From: Antedon mediterranea | Taxonomy: Eukaryota > Animalia > Echinodermata | Reading direction: 5' to 3' | DNA length: 64,000 nt | Assembly (NCBI RefSeq): GCF_964355755.1 | Contig: NW_027306098.1 | Coordinates: 2,501-66,500 of the forward strand | Part shown: positions 19,601 through 33,800 of the stretch, in pieces | Numbering within the stretch: the stretch's first letter is position 1 | Layout: each line of letters starts with the position of its first letter | Position numbers and translations under genes: made by a program | The notes under the pieces: generated by a model | Databases searched by the model: none | Seen by the model: only the letters and a program-made list of their open reading frames with translations | Told to the model about the DNA's origin: nothing

Positions 19601-22600
19601 TGTCTAAAACCTCTCAAAATGCGATTTGAAGCTATTTTGTGCACTTTGATGTTTTTGTATGAAAAGTTTCATCGAAATGCACAAAATTGTCTAAAACGTC
19701 TCCAAATACGATATTAAGCTATTGTATGCACTTTGATGTTTTTGTGTGAAAAGTTTTTTCGAAATGCACAAAATGGTCTAAAACGTCTCCAAATCCGTCT
19801 TGAAGCTATTCTAAGAACTTTGGTGTTTTTATGTTACCAAGTTTTTTCGAAATGCACAAAATGGTCTAAAACGTCTCCAAATACGATTTGAAGCTATTTT
19901 GTGCACTTTGATGTTTTGTGTAATGAAACGCACAAAATGGTCTAAAACGTTTCCAAATGCGATTTGAAGCTATTTTGTGCACTTTGACGTTTTGTGTGAA
20001 AAGTTTCATCGAAAAGCAAAAAATGGTCAAAAACGTCTCAAATACGATAATAAGCTTTTGTATGCACATTGATGTTTTTGTGTGAAAAGTCTCATCGAAA
20101 CGCACAAAATGGTCTAAAATGTCTCCAAATGCGATTTGAAGCTATTTTGTGCACTTTGTTGTTTTGTGTGAAAAGTTTCATCGAAATTCACAAAATGGTC
20201 TAAAACGGTTTCAAATGTGATTTAAAGCACTTAGATGTTTTTGTGTAATCAAGTTTCATCGAAATGCACAAAATGGTCTAAAACGTCTGCAAATGCAATT
20301 TGAAGCTATTTTGTCCACTTTGATGTTTTGTGTAATCAAGTTTCATTGAAATGCACAAAATGGTCTAAAACGTCTCCAAATGCGATTTGAAGCTATTTTG
20401 TACACTTTGATGTTTTGTGTGAAAAGTTTCATTAAAATGCACAAAATGGTCTAAAACGTCTCCAAATACGATATTAAGCTATTGTATGCACTTTGATGTT
20501 TTTGTGTGAAAAGTTTTTTCGAAATACACAAAATGGTCTAAAACGTCTCCAATTGCGATTTAGAGCTCTTTTGTGCACTTTGATGTTTTGTGTCAAAAGT
20601 TTTATAGAAATGCTCAAAATGGTCTAAAACGGTTTCAAATGTGATTTTAAGCACTTTGATGTTTTTGTGTGAAAAGTTTCATCGAAATGCACAAAATGGT
20701 CTAAAACGTCTCCAAATACGATTTGAAGCTATTTTGTGCACTTTAATAGTTTTGTGTGAAAAGTTTTATCGAAATACTCAAAATGGTCTAAAGCGGTTTC
20801 AAATGTGATTTTAAGCACTTGGATATTTTTGTGTAATCAAGTTTCATCGAAATGCACAAAATAGTCTAAAACGTCTCCAAATGCGATTTGAAGCTATTTT
20901 GTGCACTTTGATGGTTTTTGTGTGAAAAGTTTCATCGAAATGCACAAAATGGTCTAAAACGTCTCCAAATACAATTTAAAGGTATTTTGTGCACTTTAAT
21001 AGTTTTGTGTGAAAAGTTTTATGGAAATACTCAAAATGGTCTAAAACGGTTTCAAATGTGATTTTAAGCACTTTGATATTTTTGTGTAATCAAGTTTCAT
21101 CGAAATGCACAAAATGGTCAAAAACGTCTCCAAATACGATAATAAGCTGTTGTATGCACATTGATGTTTTTGTGTGAAAAGTCTCATCGAAATGCACGAA
21201 ATGGTCTAAAACGTCACTAAATTCGTTTGAAGCTATTCTAAGCACGTTGGTGTTTTTTATGTTACCAAGTTTTTTCGAAATGCACAAAATGGTCTAAAAC
21301 GTCTCCAAATGCGATTTGAAACTATTTTGTGCACTTTGATGTTTTGTGTAATGAAACGCACAAAATGGTCTAAAACGACTCCAAATGCGATTTGAAGCTA
21401 TTTTGTGCACTTTGATGTTTTTGTGTGAAAAGTTTCATCGAAATGCACAAAATGGTCTAATACGTCTCCAAATACGATATTAAGCTATTGTATGCACTTT
21501 GTTGTTTTTGTGTGAAAAGTTTCATCGAAATGCACAAAATGGTCTAAAACGGTTTCAAATGTGATTTTAAGCACTTTGATATTTTTGTGTAATCAAGTTT
21601 CATCAAAATGCACAAAATGGTCTAAAACGTCAGCAAATGCGATTTGAAGCTATTTTGTGCACTTTGATGGTTTTGTGTGAAAATTTCATCGAAATGCACA
21701 AAATGGTCAAAAACGTCTCCAAATACGATAATAAGCTGTTGTATGCACATTGATGTGTTTGTGTGAAAAGTCTCATCGAAATTCACAAAATGGTCTAAAA
21801 CGTCTCCAAATCCGTTTTGAAGCTAATCTAAGAACTTTGGTGTTTTTATGTTACCAAGTTTTTTCGAAATGCACAAAATGGTCAAAAACGTCTCCAAATA
21901 CGAGTTGAAGTTATTTTGTGCACTTTGATGTTTTGTGTAATGAAACGCACAAAATGGTCTAAAATGTTTCCAAATGCGATTTGAAGCTATTTTGTGCACT
22001 TTGATGTTTTGTGTGAAAAGTTTCAACAAAAAGCACAAAATGGTCAAAAACGTCTCCAAATACGATAATAAGCTGTTGTATGCACATTGATGTTTTTTTG
22101 TGAAAAGTCTCATCGAAATGCACAAAATGGTCTAAAACGTCTCCAAATCCATTTTGAAGGTATTCTAAGCACTTTGGTGTTTTTATGTTACCAAGTTTTT
22201 TTCGAAATGCACAAAATGGTCTAAAACGTCTATAAATGCGATTTGAAGCTTTTTTGTGCACTTTGATGTTTTGTGTAATGAAACGCACAAAATGGTCTAA
22301 AACGTCTGCAAATGCGATTTGAAGCTATTTTGTGCACTTTGTTGTTTTGTGTGAAAAGATTCATCGAAATGCACAAATTTGTCTAAAACGTCTCCAAATA
22401 CGATATTAGGCTATTGTATGCACTTTGTTGTTTTTGTGTGAAAAGTTTCATCGAAATGCTCAAAATGGTCTAAAACGTCTCCAAATGCGATTTGAAGCCA
22501 TTTTGTGCACTTTGATGTTTTTGTGTGAAAAGTTTCATCAAAATGCACAAAATGGTCTAAAACGTCTGCACATACGAAATTAAATTATTGTATGCACTTT

Positions 22601-23449
22601 GATGTTTTTGTGTGAAAAGATTTTTCGAAATGCACAAAATGGTCTAAAACGTCTCCAAATGCGATTTGAAGCTATTTTGTGCACTTTGATGTTTTGTGTA
22701 ATGAAACGCACAAAATGGTCTAAAATGTCTCCAAATGCGATTTGAAGCTATTTTGTGCACTTTGTTGTTTTGTGTGAAAAGTTTCATCGAAATGCACAAA
22801 AAGGTCTAAAACGTCTCCAAATACGATATTAAGCTATTATATGCATTTTGATGTTTTTGTGTGAAAAGTTTTAATGAAATGCACAAAATGGTCTAAAACG
22901 TCTCCAAATGCGATTTGAAGCTATTTTTTGTACTTTGATGTTTTTGTGTGAAAAGTTTCATCGAAATGCACAAAATGGTCTAAAACGTCTCCAAATACAA
23001 TAATAAGCTATTGTATGCACTTTGTTGTTTTTGTGTGAAAAGTTTCATCGAAATGCACAAAAAGGTCTAAAACGTCTCCAAATACGATATTAAGCTATTA
23101 TATGCATTTTGATGTTTTTGTGTGAAAAGTTTTAAGGAAATGCACAAAATGGCCTCAAACGTCTCCAAATCCGCTTTGAAGCTATTCTAAGCACTTTCGT
23201 GTTTTTATGTTAACAATTTTTTCGAAATGCTCAAAATGTTCTAAAACGGTTTCAAATGTGATTTTAAGGACTTGTGATGTTTTTGTGTAATCAAGTTTCA
23301 TCGAAATGCACAAAATGGTCTAAAACGTCTCCAAATGCGATTTGAAGCTATTTTGTGCACTTTTATGTTTTGTGTGAAAAGTTTCATCGAAATGCACAAA
23401 ATGGTCTAAAACGTCTCCAAATGCGATTTGAAGCTATTTTGTGCACTTT

Positions 23450-26400
23450 GTTGTTTTTGTGTGAAAAGTTTCATCGAAATGCTCAAAATGGTCTAAAACG
23501 TCTCCAAATGCGATTTGAAGCTATATTGTGCACTTTGTCGTTTTTGTGTGAAAAGTTTCATCGAAATGCTCAAAATGGTCTAAAACGTCTCTAAATGCGA
23601 TTTGAAGCTATTTTGTGCACTTTGATGTTTTTTTGTGAAAAGTTTCATCGAAATGCACAAAATGGTCTAAAACGTCTCTAAATGCGATTTGAAGCTATTT
23701 TTTGCACTTTGATGTTTTTGTGTGAAAAGTTTCATCGAAATGCACAAAATGGTCTAAAACGTCTCTAAATGCGATTTGAAGCTATTTTGTGCACTTTGAT
23801 GTATTTTTGTGAAAAGTTTCATCGAAATGCACAAAATGGTCTAAAACGTCTCTAAATGCGATTTGAAGCTATTTTGTGCACTTTGTCGTTTTTGTGTGAA
23901 AAGTTTCATCGAAATGCTCAAAATGGTCTAAAACGTCTCCAAATGCGATTTGAAGCAATTTTGTGCACTTTGATGTTTTTGTGTGAAAAGTTTCATCGAA
24001 ATGCACAAAATGGTCTAAAACGTCTGCAAATGCGATTTGAAGCTATTTTGTGCACTTTGATGTTTTGTGTAATCCAGTTTCATCGAAATGTACAAAATTG
24101 TCTAAAACGTCTCTAAATGCGATTTGAAGCTATTTTGTGCACTTTGTCGTTTTTGTGTGAAAAGTTTTTTCGAAATGCACAAAATGGTCTAAAACGTGTC
24201 CAAATGCGATTTGAAGTTATTTTGTGCACTTTGATGTTTTGTGTGAAAAGTTTTATCGAAATGCTCAAAATGGTCTAAAACGGTTTCAAATGTGATTTTA
24301 AGCACCTTGATATTTTTGTGTAATCAAGTTTCATCGAAATGCACAAAATGGTCTAAAACGTCTGCAAATGCGATTTGAAGCTATTTTGTGCACTTTGATG
24401 GTTTGGGTGAAAAGTTTCATCGAAATGCACAAAATGGTCAAAAATGTCTCCAAATGCGATTTGAAGCTATTTTGTGCACTTTGTTGTTTTGTGTGAAAAG
24501 TTTCATCGAAATGCACAAAATGGTCTAAAACGGTTTCAAATGTGATTTTAAGCACTTTGATATTTTTGTGTAATCAAGTTTTTTCGAAATGCACAACATG
24601 GTCTAAAACGTCTCCAAATGCGATTTGAAGTTATTTTGTTCACTTTGATGTTTTTGTTTGAAAAGTTTCATCGAAATGCACAAAATGGTCTAAAACGTCT
24701 CTAAATGCGATTTGAACCTATTTTGTGCACTTTGATGTTTTTGTGTGAAAAGTTTCATCGAAATGCACAAAATGGTCTAAAACGTCTCTAAATGCGATTT
24801 GAAGCTATTTTGTGCACTTTGTCGTTTTTGTGTGAAAAGTTTCATCGAAATGCTCAAAATGGTCTAAAACGTCTCCAAATGCGATTTGAAGCTATTTTGT
24901 GCACTTCGATGTTTTTTTCTGAAAAGTTTCATCGAAATGCACAAAATGGTCTAAAACGTCTCTAAATGCGATTTGAAGCTATTTTGTGCACTTTGATGTT
25001 TTTGTGTGAAAAGTTTCATCGAAATGCACAAAATGGTCTTAAACGTCTCTAAATGCGATTTGAAGCTATTTTGTGCACTTTGTCGTTTTTGTGTGAAAAG
25101 TTTCATCGAAATGCTCAAAATGGTCTAAAACGTCTCCAAATGCGATTTGAAGCAATTTTGTGCACTTTGATGTTTTTGTGTGAAAAGTTTCATCGAAATG
25201 CACAAAATGGTCTAAAACGTCTGCAAATGCGATTTGAAGCTATTTTGTGCACTTTGATGTTTTTTTGTGAAAAGTTTCATCGAAAGGCACAAAATTGTCT
25301 AAAACGTCTCTAAATGCGATTTGAAGCTATTTTGTGCACTTTGTCGTTTTTGTGTGAAAAGTTTCATCGAAATGCTCAAAATGGTCTAAAACGTCTCCAA
25401 ATGCGATTTGAAGCAATTTTGTGCACTTTGATGTTTTTGTGTGAAAAGTTTTTTCGAAATGCACAAAATGGTCTAAAACGTCTCCAAATGCGATTTGAAG
25501 CAATTTTGTGCACTTTGATGTTTTGTGTAATCCAGTTTCATCGAAATGTACAAAATTGTCTAAAACCTCTCAAAATGCGATTTGAAGCTATTTTGTGCAC
25601 TTTGATGTTTTTGTGTGAAAAGTTTCATCGAAATGCACAAAATTGTCTAAAACGTCTCCAAATACGATATTAAGCTATTGTATGCACTTTGATGTTTTTG
25701 AGTGAAAAGTTTTTTCGAAATGCACAAAATGGTCTAAAACGTCTCCAAATGCGATTTGGAGCTCTTTTGTGCACTTTGATGTTTTGTGTAAAAAGTTTGC
25801 TATTTTGTGCACTTTAATGTTTTGTGTGAAAAGTTTTATCGAAATGCTCAAAATTGTCTAAAACGGTTTCAAATGTGATTTTAAGCACTTTTATATTTTT
25901 GTGTAATCAAGTTTTTTCGAAATGCACAACATGGTCTAAAACGTCTCCAAATGCGATTTGAAGCTATTTTGTGCACTTTGATGTTTTTGTGTGAAAAGTT
26001 TCATCGAAATGCACAAAATGGTCTCAAACGTCTGGAAATGCGAGTTGAAGCTATTTTGTGCACTTTGTCGTTTTTGTGTGAAAAGTATATTCGAAATGCT
26101 CAAAATGGTCTAAAACGTCTCCAAATGCGATTTGAAGCTATTTTGTGATTTTAAGAACTTTGATGTTTTTGTGTGAAAAGTTTCATCGAAATGCACAAAA
26201 TGGTCTAAATGCGATTTGAAGCTATTTTGTGCACTTTGATGTTTTTTTGTGAAAAGTTTCATCGAAATGCACAAAATGGTCTAAAACGTCTCCAAATACG
26301 ATATTAAGCTATTGTATGTATGTTGATGTTTTTGTGTGAAAAGTTTTATCGAAATGCTCAAAATGGTCTAAAACGGTTTCAAATGTGATTTTAAGCACTT

Positions 26401-29400
26401 TGATGTTTTTGTGTAATCAAGTTTCATCGAAATGCACAAAATGGTCTAAAACATCTGCAAATGCGATTTTAAGCTATTTTGTGCACTTTCATGTTTTGTG
26501 TGAAAAGTTTTATCGAAATGCTCAAAATGGTCTAAAACGGTTTCAAATGTGATTTTAAGCACTTTGATATTTTTGTGTAATCAAGTTTCATCGAAATGCA
26601 CCAAATTGTCTAAAACGTCTGCAAATGCGATTTGAAGCTATTTTGTGCACTTTGATGTTTTTGTGTGAAAAGTTTCACCAAAAGGCACAAAATGGTCTAA
26701 AACGTCTCCAAATATGATATTAAGCTATTGTATGCACTTTGTTGTTTTTATCTGAAAAGTTTTCACGAAATGCACAAAATGATCTAAAACGTCTCTAAAT
26801 GCGATTTGAAGTTATTTTGTGCACTTTAATGTTTTGTGTGAAAAGTTTTATCGAAATGCACAAAATGGTCTAAAACGTCTCCAAATGCGATTTGAAGCTA
26901 TTTTGTGCACTTTGATGTTTTGTGTGAAAAGTTTCACCAAAATGCACAAAATGGTCTAAAACGTCTCCAAATCCGTTTTGAAGCTAATCTAAGCACTTTG
27001 ATGTTGTTATGTTAAACAAGTTTTTTCGAAATGCACAAAATGGTGTAAAACGTCTCCAAATACGATTTGAAGCTCTTTTGTGCACTTTGATGTTTTGTGT
27101 AATAAGTTTTATAGAAACGCACAAAATGGTCTAAAACGGTTTCAAATGTGATTTTAAGCACTTTGATATTTTTGTTTAACCAAGTTTCATCGAAATGCAC
27201 ATAATGGTCTAAAACGTCTCCAAATGCGATTTGAAGCTGTTTTTGTGTGAAAAGTTTTTTCGAAATACACAAAATGGTCTAAAACGTCTCCAAATACGAT
27301 TTGGAACTCTTTTGTGCACTTTGATGTTTTGTGTCAAAAGTTTTATAGAAATGCCCGAAATGGTCTAAAACGGTTTCAAATGTGATTTTAAGCACTTTGA
27401 TATTTTTGTGTAATCAAGTTTCATCGAAATGCACAAAATGGTCTAAAACGTGTTCAAATGCGATTTGAAGCTATTTTGTGATTTTAAGAACTTTGATATT
27501 TTTGTGTAATCAAGTTTCATCGAATGCACAAACTGGTCTAAACATTTGAAGCTATTTTGTGCACTTTGTCGTTTTTGTGTGAAAAGTTTTTTCGAAATGC
27601 ACAAAATGGTCTAAAACGTGTCCAAATGCGATTTGAAGTTATTTTGTGCACTTTGATGTTTTGTGTGAAAAGTTTTATCGAAATGCTCAAAATGGTCTAA
27701 AACGGTTTCAAATGTGATTTTAAGCACCTTGATATTTTTGTGTAATCAAGTTTCATCGAAATGCACAAAATGGTCCAAAACGTCTGCAAATGCGATTTGA
27801 AGCTATTTTGTGCACTTTGATGGTTTGGGTGAAAAGTTTCATCGAAATGCACAAAATGGTCAAAAATGTCTCCAAATGCGATTTGAAGCTATTTTGTGCA
27901 CTTTGATGTTTTTTTGTGAAAAGTTTCATCGAAATGCACAAAATGGTCTAAAACGTCTCTAAATGCGATTTGAAGTTATTTTGTGCACTTTGATGTTTTG
28001 TGTGAAAAGTTTTATCGAAATGCTCCAAAATGGTCTAAAACGGTTTCAAATTTGATTTTAAGCACTTTGATATTTTTGTGTAATCAAGTTTCATCGAAAT
28101 GCACAAAATGGTCTAAAACGTCTGCAAATGCGATTTAAAGCTATTTTGTGCACTTTAATGTTTTGTGTGAAAAGTTTTATCGAAATTCTCAAAATGGTCT
28201 AAAACGGTTTCAAATGTGATTTTAAGCACTTTGATGTTTTTGTGTAATCAAGTTTCATCGAAATGCACAAAATGGTTTAAAACGTCAGCAAATGCGATTT
28301 GAAGCTATTTTGTGCACTTTGATGTTTTTGTGTGAAAAGTTTCATCGAAATGCACAAAATTGTCTAAAATGTTTCCAAATACGATATTAAGCTATTGTAT
28401 GCACTTTGATGTTTTTGAGTGAAAAGTTTTTTCGAAATGCACAAAATGGTCTAAAACGTCTCCAAATGCGATTTGGAGCTCTTTTGTGCACTTTGATGTT
28501 TTGTGTAAAAAGTTTGCTATTTTGTGCACTTTAATGTTTTGTGTGAAAAGTTTTATCGAAATGCTCAAAATTGTCTAAAACGGTTTCAAATGTGATTTTA
28601 ATCACTTTGATATTTTTGTGTAATCAAGTTTTTTTCGAAATGCACAACATGGTCTAAAACGTCTCCAAATGCGATTTTAAGCTATTTTGTGCACTTTGAT
28701 GTTTTTGTGTGAAAAGTTTCATCGAAATGCACAAAATGGTCTAAAACGTCTCTAAATGCGATTTGAAGCTATTTTGTGCACTTTGTCGTTTTTGTGTGAA
28801 AAGTTTCATCGAAATGCTCAAATTGGTCTAAAACGTCTCCAAATGCGATTTGAAACTATATTGTGCACTTTGTCGTTTTTGTGTGAAAAGTTTCATCGAA
28901 ATGCTCAAAATGGTCTAAAACGTCTCTAAATGCGATTTGAAGCTATTTTGTGCACTTTGATGTTTTTTTGTGAAAAGTTTCATCGAAATGCACAAAATGG
29001 TCTAAAACGTCTCTAAATGCGATTTGAAGCTATTTTGTGCACTTTGATGTTTTTGTGTGAAAAGTTTCATCGAAATGCACAAAATGGTCTAAAACGTCTC
29101 TAAATGCGATTTGAAGCTATTTTGTGCACTTTGTGATGTTTTTTTGTGAAAAGTTTCATCGAAATGCACAAAATGGTCTAAAACGTCTCTAAATGCGATT
29201 TGAAGCTATTTTGTGCACTTTGTCGTTTTTGTGTGAAAAGTTTCATCGAAATGCTCAAAATGGTCTAAAACGTCTCCAAATGCGATTTGAAGCAATTTTG
29301 TGCACTTTGATGTTTTTGTGTGAAAAGTTTCATCGAAATGCACAAAATGGTCTAAAACGTCTGCAAATGCGATTTGAAGCTATTTTGTGCACTTTGATGT

Positions 29401-30810
29401 TTTGTGTAATCCAGTTTCATCGAAATGTACAAAATTGTCTAAAACGTCTCTAAATGCGATTTGAAGCTATTTTGTGCACTTTGTCGTTTTTGTGTGAAAA
29501 GTTTTTTCGAAATGCACAAAATTGTCTAAAACGTGTCCAAATGCGATTTGAAGTTATTTTGTGCACTTTGATGTTTTGTGTGAAAAGTTTTATCGAAATG
29601 CTCAAAATGGTCTAAAACGGTTTCAAATGTGATTTTAAGCACCTTGATATTTTTGTGTAATCAAGTTTCATCGAAATGCACAAAATGGTCCAAAACGTCT
29701 GCAAATGCGATTTGAAGCTATTTTGTGCACTTTGTTGTTTTGTGTGAAAAGTTTCATCGAAATGCACAAAATGGTCTAAAACGGTTTCAAATGTGATTTT
29801 AAGCACTTTGATATTTTTGTGTAATCAAGTTTTTTCGAAATGCACAACATGATCTAAAACGTCTCCAAATGCGATTTGAAGTTATTTTGTGCACTTTGAT
29901 GTTTTTGTTTGAAAAGTTTCATCGAAATGCACAAAATGGTCTAAAACGACTCTAAATGCGATTTGAACCTATTTTGTGCACTTTGATGTTTTTGTGTGAA
30001 AAGTTTCATCGAAATGCACAAAATGGTCTAAAACGTCTCTAAATGCGATTTGAAGCTATTTTGTGCACTTTGTCGTTTTTGTGTGAAAAGTTTCATCGAA
30101 ATGCTCAAAATGGTCTAAAACGTCTCCAAATGCGATTTGAAGCTATTTTGTGCACTTCGATGTTTTTTTCTGAAAAGTTTCATCGAAATGCACAAAATGG
30201 TCTAAAACGTCTCTAAATGCGATTTGAAGCTATTTTGTGCACTTTGATGTTTTTGTGTGAAAAGTTTCATCGAAATGCACAAAATGGTCTTAAACGTCTC
30301 TAAATGCGATTTGAAGCTATTTTGTGCACTTTGTCGTTTTTGTGTGAAAAGTTTCATCGAAATGCTCAAAATGGTCTAAAACGTCTCCAAATGCGATTTG
30401 AAGCAATTTTGTGCACTTTGATGTTTTTGTGTGAAAAGTTTCATCGAAATGCACAAAATGGTCTAAAACGTCTGCAAATGCGATTTGAAGCTATTTTGTG
30501 CACTTTGATGTTTTTTTGTGAAAAGTTTCATCGAAATGCACAAAATTGTCTAAAACGTCTCTAAATGCGATTTGAAGCTATTTTGTGCACTTTGTCGTTT
30601 TTGTGTGAAAAGTTTCATCGAAATGCTCAAAATGGTCTAAAACGTCTCCAAATGCGATTTGAAGCAATTTTGTGCACTTTGATGTTTTTGTGTGAAAAGT
30701 TTTTTCGAAATGCACAAAATGGTCTAAAACGTCTCCAAATGCGATTTGAAGCAATTTTGTGCACTTTGATGTTTTGTGTAATCCAGTTTCATCGAAATGT
30801 ACAAAATTGT
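23450..30810 (+). repeat. Duplicated ~2.1-kb satellite block (about 23450-25560 and 28790-30810)
   Basis: Matching ORFs and variants at offsets 5337 then 5251, a difference of one 86-bp monomer. Boundaries approximate. Confidence 0.75.
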
Positions 30811-33800
30811 CTAAAACGTCTCTAAATGCGATTTGAAGCTATTTTGTGCACTTTGTCGTTTTTGTGTGAAAAGTTTCATCGAAAGGCACAAAATGGTCTA
30901 AAACGTCTCCAATTGCGATTTGAAGTTATTTTGTGCACTTTGATGTTTTGTGTGAAAAGTTTTATCGAAATGCTCAAAATGGTCTAAAACGGTTTCAAAT
31001 GCGATTTTAAGCATTTTGATATTTTTGTGTAATCAAGTTTCATCGAAATGCACAAAATGGTCTAAAACGTCTGCAAATGCGATTTAAAGCTATTTTGTGC
31101 ACTTTAATGTTTTGTGTGAAAAGTTTTATCGAAATTCTCAAAATGGTCTAAAACGGTTTCAAATGTGATTTTAAGCACTTTGATGTTTTTGTGTAATCAA
31201 GTTTTTTCGAGATGCACAACATGGTCTAAAACGTCTCCAAATGCGATTTGAAGCTATTTTGTGCACTTTGATGTTTTTGTGTGAAAAGTTTCATCGAAAT
31301 GCACAAAATGGTCTAAAACGTCTCTAAATGCGATTTGAAGCTATTTTGTGCACTTTGATGTTTTTGTGTGAAAAGTTTCATCGAAATGCACAAAATGGTC
31401 TAAAACGTCTCTAAATGCGATTTGAAGCTATTTTGTGCACTTTGTCGTTTTTGTGTGAAAAGTTTCATCGAAATGCTCAAAATGGTCTAAAACGTCTCAA
31501 AATGCGATTTGAAGCTATTTTGTGCACTTTGATGTTTTTTTCTGAAAAGTTTCATCGAAATGCACAAAATGGTCTAAAACGTCTGCAAATGCGATTTGAA
31601 GCTATTTTGTGCACTTTGATGTTTTTGTGTGAAAAGTTTCATCGAAATGCACAAAATGGTCTAAAACGTCTCTAAATGCGATTTGAAGCTATTTTGTGCA
31701 CTTTGTCGTTTTTGTGTGAAAAGTTTCATCGAAATGCTCAAAATGGTCTAAAACGTCTCTAAATGCGATTTGAAGCAATTTTGTGCACTTTGTCGTTTTT
31801 GTGTGAAAAGTTTCATCGAAATGCACAAAATGGTCTAAAACGTCTGCAAATGCGATTTGAAGCTATTTTGTGCACTTTGTCGTTTTTGTGTGAAAAGTTT
31901 TTTCGAAATGCACAAAATGGTATAAAACGTCTCCAAATGCGATTTGAAGCAATTTTATGCACTTTGATGTTTTGTGTAATCCAGTTTCATCGAAATGTAC
32001 AAAATTGTCTAAAACGTCTCTAAATGCGATTTGAAGCTATTTTGTGCACTTTGTCGTTTTTGTGTGAAAAGTTTCATCGAAATGCACAAAATGGTCTAAA
32101 ACGTCTCCAATTGCGATTTGAAGTTATTTTGTGCACTTTGATGTTTTGTGTGAAAAGTTTTATCGAAATGCTCAAAATGGTCTAAAACGGTTTCAAATGT
32201 GATTTTAAGCACTTTGATATTTTTGTGTAATCAAGTTTCATCGAAATGCACAAAATGGTCTAAAACGTCTGCAAATGCGATTTAAAGCTATTTTGTGCAC
32301 TTTAATGTTTTGTGTGAAAAGTTTTATCGAAATTCTCAAAATGGTCTAAAACGGTTTCAAATGTGATTTTAAGCACTTTTATGTTTTTGTGTAATCAAGT
32401 TTCATCGAAATGCACAAAATGGTTTAAAACGTCTGCAAATGCGATTTGAAGCTATTTTGTGCACTTTGATGTTTTTGTGTGAAAAGTTTCATCGAAATGC
32501 ACGAAATTGTCTAAAAAGTCTCCAAATGCGATTTGAAGCTATTTTGTGCACTTTGTCGTTTTTGTGTGAAAAGTTTCATCGAAATGCTCAAAATGGTCTA
32601 AAACGTCTCCAAATGCGATTTGAAGCAATTTTGTGCACTTTGATGTTTTTGTGTGAAAAGTTTCATCGAAATGCACAAAATGGTCTAAAACGTCTGCAAA
32701 TGCGATTTGAAGCTATTTTGTGCACTTTGTCGTTTTTGTGTGAAAAGTTTTTTCGAAATGCACAAAATGGTCTAAAACGTCTCCAAATGCGATTTGAAGC
32801 AATTTTGTGCACTTTGATGTTTTGTCTAATCCAGTTTCATCGAAATGTACAAAATTGTCTAAAACGTCTCTAAATGCGATTTGAAGCTATTTTGTGCAAT
32901 TTGTCGTTTTTGTGTGAAAAGTTTTTTCGAAATGCACAAAATGGTCTAAAACGTCTCCAATTGCGATTTGAAGTTATTTTGTGCACTTTGATGTTTTTGA
33001 GTGAAAAGTTTTTTCGAAATGCACAAAATGGTCTAAAACGTCTCCAAATGCGATTTGAAGCTATTTTGTGCACTTTGATGTTTTTTTCTGAAAAGTTTCA
33101 TCGAAATACACAAAATGGTCTAAAACGTCTCTAAATGCGATTTGAAGCTATTTTGTGCACTTTGATGTTTTTGTGTGAAAAGTTTCATCGAAATGCACAA
33201 AATGGTCTAAAACGTCTCTAAATGCGATTTGAAGCTATATGTGCACTTTGATGTTTTTTTGTGAAAAGTTTCACCAAAATGCACAAAATGGTCTAAAACG
33301 TCTCTAAATGCGATTTGAAGCTATTTTGTGCACTTTGTCGTTTTTGTGTGAAAAGTTTCATCGAAATGCTCAAAATGGTCTAAAACGGTTTCAAATGTGA
33401 TTTTGTGCACTTTGATGTTTTTGTGTAATCAAGTTTCATCGAAATGCACAAAATGGTTTAAAACGTCTGCAAATGCGATTTGAAGCTATTTTGTGCACTT
33501 TGATGTTTTGTGTAATCCAGTTTCATCGAAATGTACAAAATTGTCTAAAACCTCTCAAAATGCGATTTGAAGCTATTTTGTGCACTTTGATGTTTTTGTG
33601 TGAAAAGTTTCATCGAAATGCACAAAATTGTCTAAAACGTCTCCAAATACGATATTAAGCTATTGTATGCACTTTGATGTTTTTGAGTGAAAAGTTTTTT
33701 CGAAATGCACAAAATGGTCTAAAACGTCTCCAAATGCGATTTGGAGCTCTTTTGTGCACTTTGATGTTTTGTGTAAAAAGTTTGCTATTTTGTGCACTTT